From: Sulfolobus acidocaldarius DSM 639
GTDB taxonomy: Archaea > Thermoproteota > Thermoprotei_A > Sulfolobales > Sulfolobaceae
Reading direction: 5' to 3'
Length of the DNA stretch: 32,000 bases
NCBI RefSeq assembly: GCF_000012285.1
Contig: NC_007181.1
Location: 210,001-242,000, forward strand
Shown here in pieces: positions 27,191 through 32,000 of the stretch. Positions within the stretch are counted from its first letter, which is position 1. Each line of letters begins with the position of its first letter. The notes below the pieces were generated by a model. That model had not been told where the DNA came from and ran no database searches. It worked only from the letters and a program-made list of their open reading frames with translations. The translations under genes and the position numbers were made by a program.

Positions 27191-29431
27191 TTGTCCACTG
27201 AATTAATTGATAGAGTTTCAGAGAGGTTATCGTATTTTAACGTCAAGATTGCCCACATATTTACGGAGACTGCTCTTGAACCTGATCTGGGGGCTAAGGT
27301 AGAGGACTTACCATTAGGTGGAAATTTGAAACAAATGTTGAAGCAAGTGGGGATACACAGACTCTACAAATTTCAGGAGGAGGCTTATAATAAAATATCT
27401 CATGGAAATAACGTAATGATAGTTTCAGGAACGGGGACAGGGAAAACTGAAGCGTTCTTAATCCCTTTGTTGGATCTTGCATTGAAAGGAGAGAGGAGTG
27501 TTTTAGTTTATCCCACTAAGGCATTAGCTCGTGATCAGTTGGAGAGGGTGAGGAGGTTAGCCTCACCTTTAGGAGTAGAGATGGGAGTTTTTGATGGTGA
27601 TACACCTGAGAAGGAGAGGAAGCGATTATACGAGAATCCTCCACATATTCTTATCACGAATCCTGATATGATTCATATAGGTCTACCTCTCAGCTATAGG
27701 TTTAGAAGGCTGATTAGAACAGCAGATCATTTTGTATTTGATGAGGTTCACTCATATGATGGCGTTCTAGGCTCACATATAAGGATGATTAGTGATAGGT
27801 TAAGGGAGTTAACTGACTACCATGTCATAGGCTCAAGTGCGACAATAGATGCTTCTCCATATTTGTTCGAAGAGTTATTTGGAGTAAAAGGGGAGATTAT
27901 TTATGGCTCCCCTAGAAGAAAAGGCGTTGCAATTCACGCTCTACTAAACATTGGGTCAGCTAGTAGATGGACTCTCTCTGCATACCTTACCGCATTTCTT
28001 GTGAAGGAGGGTTATAAGGTTCTTACGTTTGTGGACTCACAACAAATGGCTGAATTAATTGCAAAGATAACTGCTAGATTTGGTGAAGAGAACATTCATG
28101 TTCACCGAGCTGGGATAAATAAAGAAGATAGGCTAAAAGTTGAAGAATCTATTAAATCAGGGAAAATTAAAGGAGTCATAGCTACTCCTACCCTTGAACT
28201 TGGAATAGACATAGGCGATTTAGATGTGGTAATAATGGCTGAAAATCCTCCAAACTACACAAAGTATCTGCAGAGGGCTGGCAGAGCAGGGAGGAGAAGT
28301 AAGATCGGTTATATCTTCACCTTATTGGGTGAAGATCCTATTGATACATATTACCTTAGGAAGCCTACCGAATTTTTCAATAGGAAAGTCTTACCCTTAA
28401 CATTTGATGTGAGTAATAAGGAGGTAGTAAAGATTCATGCTGCAGCCTATTTAGCTGAAAAGGGGAGTTTGAGGTTGGGAAGAGTAATTCCCAAAGCATG
28501 GGTAAAAGCTTATGAGGAGTTAGTAAAAGACGGAAAGGTGAAAATTGAAAACAACGTTGTTTCCGCTTTACCTCCTCTATATTCCTACGTGAGATCGACT
28601 TACTTAAGGTCCACAGGACCTATAGTAGGTCTATATGATAGGGATGGAAACAGATTGGGAGAGAGGGAATTACCTGTCGCGCTTTATGATATTTATCCTC
28701 AGGCAATTTACTTTATATCAAAAAGGAATTACATTGTTGAAGATGTAAAACTGGATTCCCTAAGGGCTACTCTAAGAAGAGCTAAAGATGACTTGAGCTA
28801 TTACACTAAACCCGTTTACTCTACACACCTTCTGTCCTTTGAGGAAATTGAGGAAAGAAAAGTATTTGGTTTACCTGTGAAGTATGGAATCTCTGAAATA
28901 ATGATTAGCGTAGACGGTTTTGCTACATATGAAATATCAGGGAATAAAAATAAACCTAAGCAGGAGTTTTTCTATAAAGAACCTATAATATTTACATATA
29001 CCACAAAAGGAGTCTTGATCAAGCACCCGATATTGGAAGAGTTCAATGAGTTCGATTCAATTGAAGCTTATCACGCTACAGAACACGTTTTGATTTCTTC
29101 AGCGAGGGTTGTTGCAGGGGCATCAATGACGGATCTGGCTGGGATAAGTTATCCCACTGGACACGTGGTGATATATGATTCTGTTGTCGGAGGAAGTGGA
29201 GTAAGTAAGTTGTTATATGATAGGTTAGAGGAGGCTTATGATATATCTATAGATATTACAGGAAAGTGTGATTGCGAAGATGGTTGCCCTAAATGTATTT
29301 ATAGCCCTTACTGTGGTAATAACAACAAAATGTTATCTAGAAGAAAATCGCATAGATTGATGACTAAAATCAAACTTGGTGAATTTGATAATTCGGTTGA
29401 ACAAAATATTAATGGTAAACCCATAGTTTAG
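27191..29431 (+). CDS. DEAD/DEAH-box SF2 helicase with a C-terminal DUF1998 / MrfA-like Zn-binding domain
   Basis: Motifs [11 protein letters not shown] (I), FDEVHSY (II), SSAT (III) and QRAGRAGRR (VI) are present. The C-terminal [39 protein letters not shown] segment is diagnostic of DUF1998. Confidence 0.85.
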   Translation: MSTELIDRVSERLSYFNVKIAHIFTETALEPDLGAKVEDLPLGGNLKQMLKQVGIHRLYKFQEEAYNKISHGNNVMIVSGTGTGKTEAFLIPLLDLALKGERSVLVYPTKALARDQLERVRRLASPLGVEMGVFDGDTPEKERKRLYENPPHILITNPDMIHIGLPLSYRFRRLIRTADHFVFDEVHSYDGVLGSHIRMISDRLRELTDYHVIGSSATIDASPYLFEELFGVKGEIIYGSPRRKGVAIHALLNIGSASRWTLSAYLTAFLVKEGYKVLTFVDSQQMAELIAKITARFGEENIHVHRAGINKEDRLKVEESIKSGKIKGVIATPTLELGIDIGDLDVVIMAENPPNYTKYLQRAGRAGRRSKIGYIFTLLGEDPIDTYYLRKPTEFFNRKVLPLTFDVSNKEVVKIHAAAYLAEKGSLRLGRVIPKAWVKAYEELVKDGKVKIENNVVSALPPLYSYVRSTYLRSTGPIVGLYDRDGNRLGERELPVALYDIYPQAIYFISKRNYIVEDVKLDSLRATLRRAKDDLSYYTKPVYSTHLLSFEEIEERKVFGLPVKYGISEIMISVDGFATYEISGNKNKPKQEFFYKEPIIFTYTTKGVLIKHPILEEFNEFDSIEAYHATEHVLISSARVVAGASMTDLAGISYPTGHVVIYDSVVGGSGVSKLLYDRLEEAYDISIDITGKCDCEDGCPKCIYSPYCGNNNKMLSRRKSHRLMTKIKLGEFDNSVEQNINGKPIV

Positions 29432-29461
29432 TTTTTAAAGGATAAAGTTAATGTTGGTCTC

Positions 29462-30302
<841 letters not shown>

Positions 30303-30322
<20 letters not shown>

Positions 30323-30680
30323 TAACGTGATGAGCTACACACTTAGAGTTGGTGTAATAATAAGCATTGCGTTGATAATTCTTGGATTCATATTATTAGC
30401 CCAAGATCCCACAGCTCTTCAACGTCTAGCATCAAGGCATTCAACATTTAACACATCAAGAGTGAGTCCTATACAGGTTTTGCAAGGTTTAAATCGTTTC
30501 GATGGCGTAGACTATATTCTATTTGGTCTAATAATATTAATAGCAACTCCGGTCATTAGAGTTATTTTAGGGCTAGCTGGATTCATAGCAGAAAGGAATA
30601 AGCTCTACATAGTGATTACTTTTATAGTATTGTTAGATTTGCTTATTGCAATCTTCATAATCCCCTTAGTGTACAAATAA
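30303..30680 (+). CDS. DUF1634-like small membrane protein
   Basis: The LRVGVIISIALIILGFILL N-terminus and three TM helices fit the family, as does its position after TauE. The more likely start is ATG 30330 (MSYTLRVG..). Confidence 0.6.
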
Positions 30681-30683
30681 ATA

Positions 30684-31187
30684 ATGGTATTAGAGATTTG
30701 TACTGATGGAAAAAGAATAGGAGTTAAATTAGAATCAGAAGTAATTAGTGTAGAGAGTAACAAGCCCATAAAACTGAAGGAAGTATATTGTTTAAAATTT
30801 GAGAACTTAAGATATGATGGGGACAAGCTTAGATACAAAGATATTGTTATTCCTTTACCAAATTTGCCTGGCGATTTGAAATTACTAAAAGTAATTTATT
30901 TGGTATCAGGTGAGGCTTCAAACGAGCTTTGGTACTGCTGTTCCTGTGAAATTCACGTGGATACAAAAATAAAAGATATAAAGTTAGATGAGGGTTTATC
31001 TCCTATTTATTCTAGGTTCTGTGGGAATTATGGTTTAATTACTCCAAAACACTGTATTGCCAATGAGACTTTTGCTATTTTCGGTAATGATCATAGAGGA
31101 GTTATCTTAGCTTATCAGGAGTTTATATCGTTTATTAAGGAAATCGGAAAAATTTTATTAAAACTAAAAGTATATTCGCATCTGTGA
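30684..31187 (+). CDS. Hypothetical soluble protein (167 aa, Cys-containing)
   Basis: The ORF starts 3 nt after the DUF1634 stop, which suggests the same operon. It contains WYCCSCEIH..FCGNYG..KHC. I recognise no family. Confidence 0.5.
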   Translation: MVLEICTDGKRIGVKLESEVISVESNKPIKLKEVYCLKFENLRYDGDKLRYKDIVIPLPNLPGDLKLLKVIYLVSGEASNELWYCCSCEIHVDTKIKDIKLDEGLSPIYSRFCGNYGLITPKHCIANETFAIFGNDHRGVILAYQEFISFIKEIGKILLKLKVYSHL

Positions 31188-31621
31188 ATAATCAAATAGT
31201 TAGTTACTACTCATACGTTCTCATATTTTCATCCATTCTAATAATAATAGGATTGGTATTTGGTGGCTTTACACCAATAAATGAACAAGTGGCAACACCC
31301 AGTTATGATCTAGCATTACCTGTGAGCTTAAGCTTTTCAGCCTTCATACTTCTAATTATTTTCATTTTCTCCTCCATTATCTTGTGGGGCTCCAAGAGTT
31401 TAGCCTCGAACTTAATTATAGATTCCTCTGCACTTTCCTTTTCAATCCTTAACTACGTCAATTTTTATGTCATATATGAGATATGGAGACCTGAAATCAT
31501 TCCATTACCATTATTTTTTTACATACACTACAGCAACATAAACGAGCTTACGGTGGATTTCGGACAAATAGCCTTAATCATATTCTTCTATAGGCTCTAT
31601 AAGAGAAATAAAAGTGTTTAG
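31184..31621 (+). CDS. Hypothetical membrane protein (145 aa, about 4 TM helices)
   Basis: The GTG start overlaps the upstream stop (GTGA). The protein has hydrophobic helices and a basic C-terminus. Confidence 0.45.
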   Translation: MNNQIVSYYSYVLIFSSILIIIGLVFGGFTPINEQVATPSYDLALPVSLSFSAFILLIIFIFSSIILWGSKSLASNLIIDSSALSFSILNYVNFYVIYEIWRPEIIPLPLFFYIHYSNINELTVDFGQIALIIFFYRLYKRNKSV

Positions 31622-31643
31622 AAATCAGTTTAGAAATCAGTTA
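31616..31643. repeat. 12-bp tandem repeat (GTTTAGAAATCA x2 plus a partial GTTA)
   Basis: Read directly. The first unit contains the TAG stop of the 145-aa ORF, and the second unit repeats an in-frame TAG. Confidence 0.6.
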
Positions 31644-31650
31644 AGAAAAA

Positions 31651-32000
31651 TTATTTTCTTGATCTAAATAGGGCAATTATGAGTATAGCTATAATGATTA
31701 TGACACCAGCGCCTACTAAATAATATGCTGCTTGCTCTAGTTTTGTTATCAGAAATCCGATTTGATAATAATATATATACCCTAGAATTGCTAAAGTTGA
31801 ATCCCATATTAAATGTCCTAAGAAGGTTAGAATCAAAAAGTTAAAAATGTTCATGGCTGCTAGACCAGCTGGGAAAGATATTAAGGCTCTAATTTCAGGT
31901 ACAAACCTAAAACCAAAGACCGCATAATTACCATATTTTTTAAACCAACCATTTAATCTATCTAGTCTTTTACTGGTCAGCCGGAAGAGCTTACCATATC
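31651..32000 (-). CDS. DedA/SNARE-associated (VTT domain) membrane protein, 5' partial (runs off the window)
   Basis: Translating the minus strand upstream of Met 31854 stays open to the window edge: YGKLFRLTSKRLDRLNGWFKKYGNYAVFGFRFVPEIRALISFPAGLAAMNIF.. This matches the DedA motif F(G)RF(V)P..R..IS.PAG. Confidence 0.7.
   Translation of the reverse strand, partial: YGKLFRLTSKRLDRLNGWFKKYGNYAVFGFRFVPEIRALISFPAGLAAMNIFNFLILTFLGHLIWDSTLAILGYIYYYQIGFLITKLEQAAYYLVGAGVIIIIAILIIALFRSRK

Overview
The window is about 90% coding and looks like a chromosomal segment from a low-GC thermoacidophilic crenarchaeon of the Sulfolobales. From memory, the gene order accC-accB-pccB, convergent hel308, then a UPF0282 gene about 14 genes later matches Sulfolobus acidocaldarius. 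I cannot verify that here. All product calls rest on motifs read from the supplied translations; no database search was run.

Contents, left to right:
- a BluB-like nitroreductase (5' partial)
- leuCD-type aconitase-family dehydratase
- a tatA / tatA-like / tatC operon
- a NitT/TauT-type ABC ATPase plus a duplicated permease
- a candidate C/D box sRNA
- the acetyl-CoA/propionyl-CoA carboxylase operon of the 3HP/4HB cycle
- Hel308/Hjm helicase
- an RHH-PiT pair with a convergent DUF47/PhoU-like gene
- DUF763 and a metallophosphoesterase
- a long minus-strand run: GT2, solo Cas4-like nuclease, ThiDN, PfkB kinase, MBL hydrolase, class-II GATase, miniature TnpB-like protein
- UPF0282, a VIT1/CCC1 transporter and an orphan AAA-associated-domain protein
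- GAT-QueC, divergent from a DEAD/DUF1998 (MrfA-like) helicase
- a TauE-DUF1634 operon with two unknown genes
- a 3'-terminal DedA fragment

I found no rRNA, tRNA, CRISPR array or intact IS element.

Most interesting candidates:
1. A 273-aa TnpB/Cas12-like protein with an apparently intact RuvC D-E-D triad and Zn ribbon. It is wedged into a housekeeping operon with no room for transposon ends.
2. The back-to-back GAT-QueC and DUF1998-helicase pair.
3. The GT2 and solo-Cas4 pair.
4. Two 5'-end anomalies: a frameshift or non-canonical start in the ABC ATPase, and a candidate AUU start for pccB.
5. An unannotated C/D box sRNA upstream of accC.

None of these can be called a new system from sequence alone.
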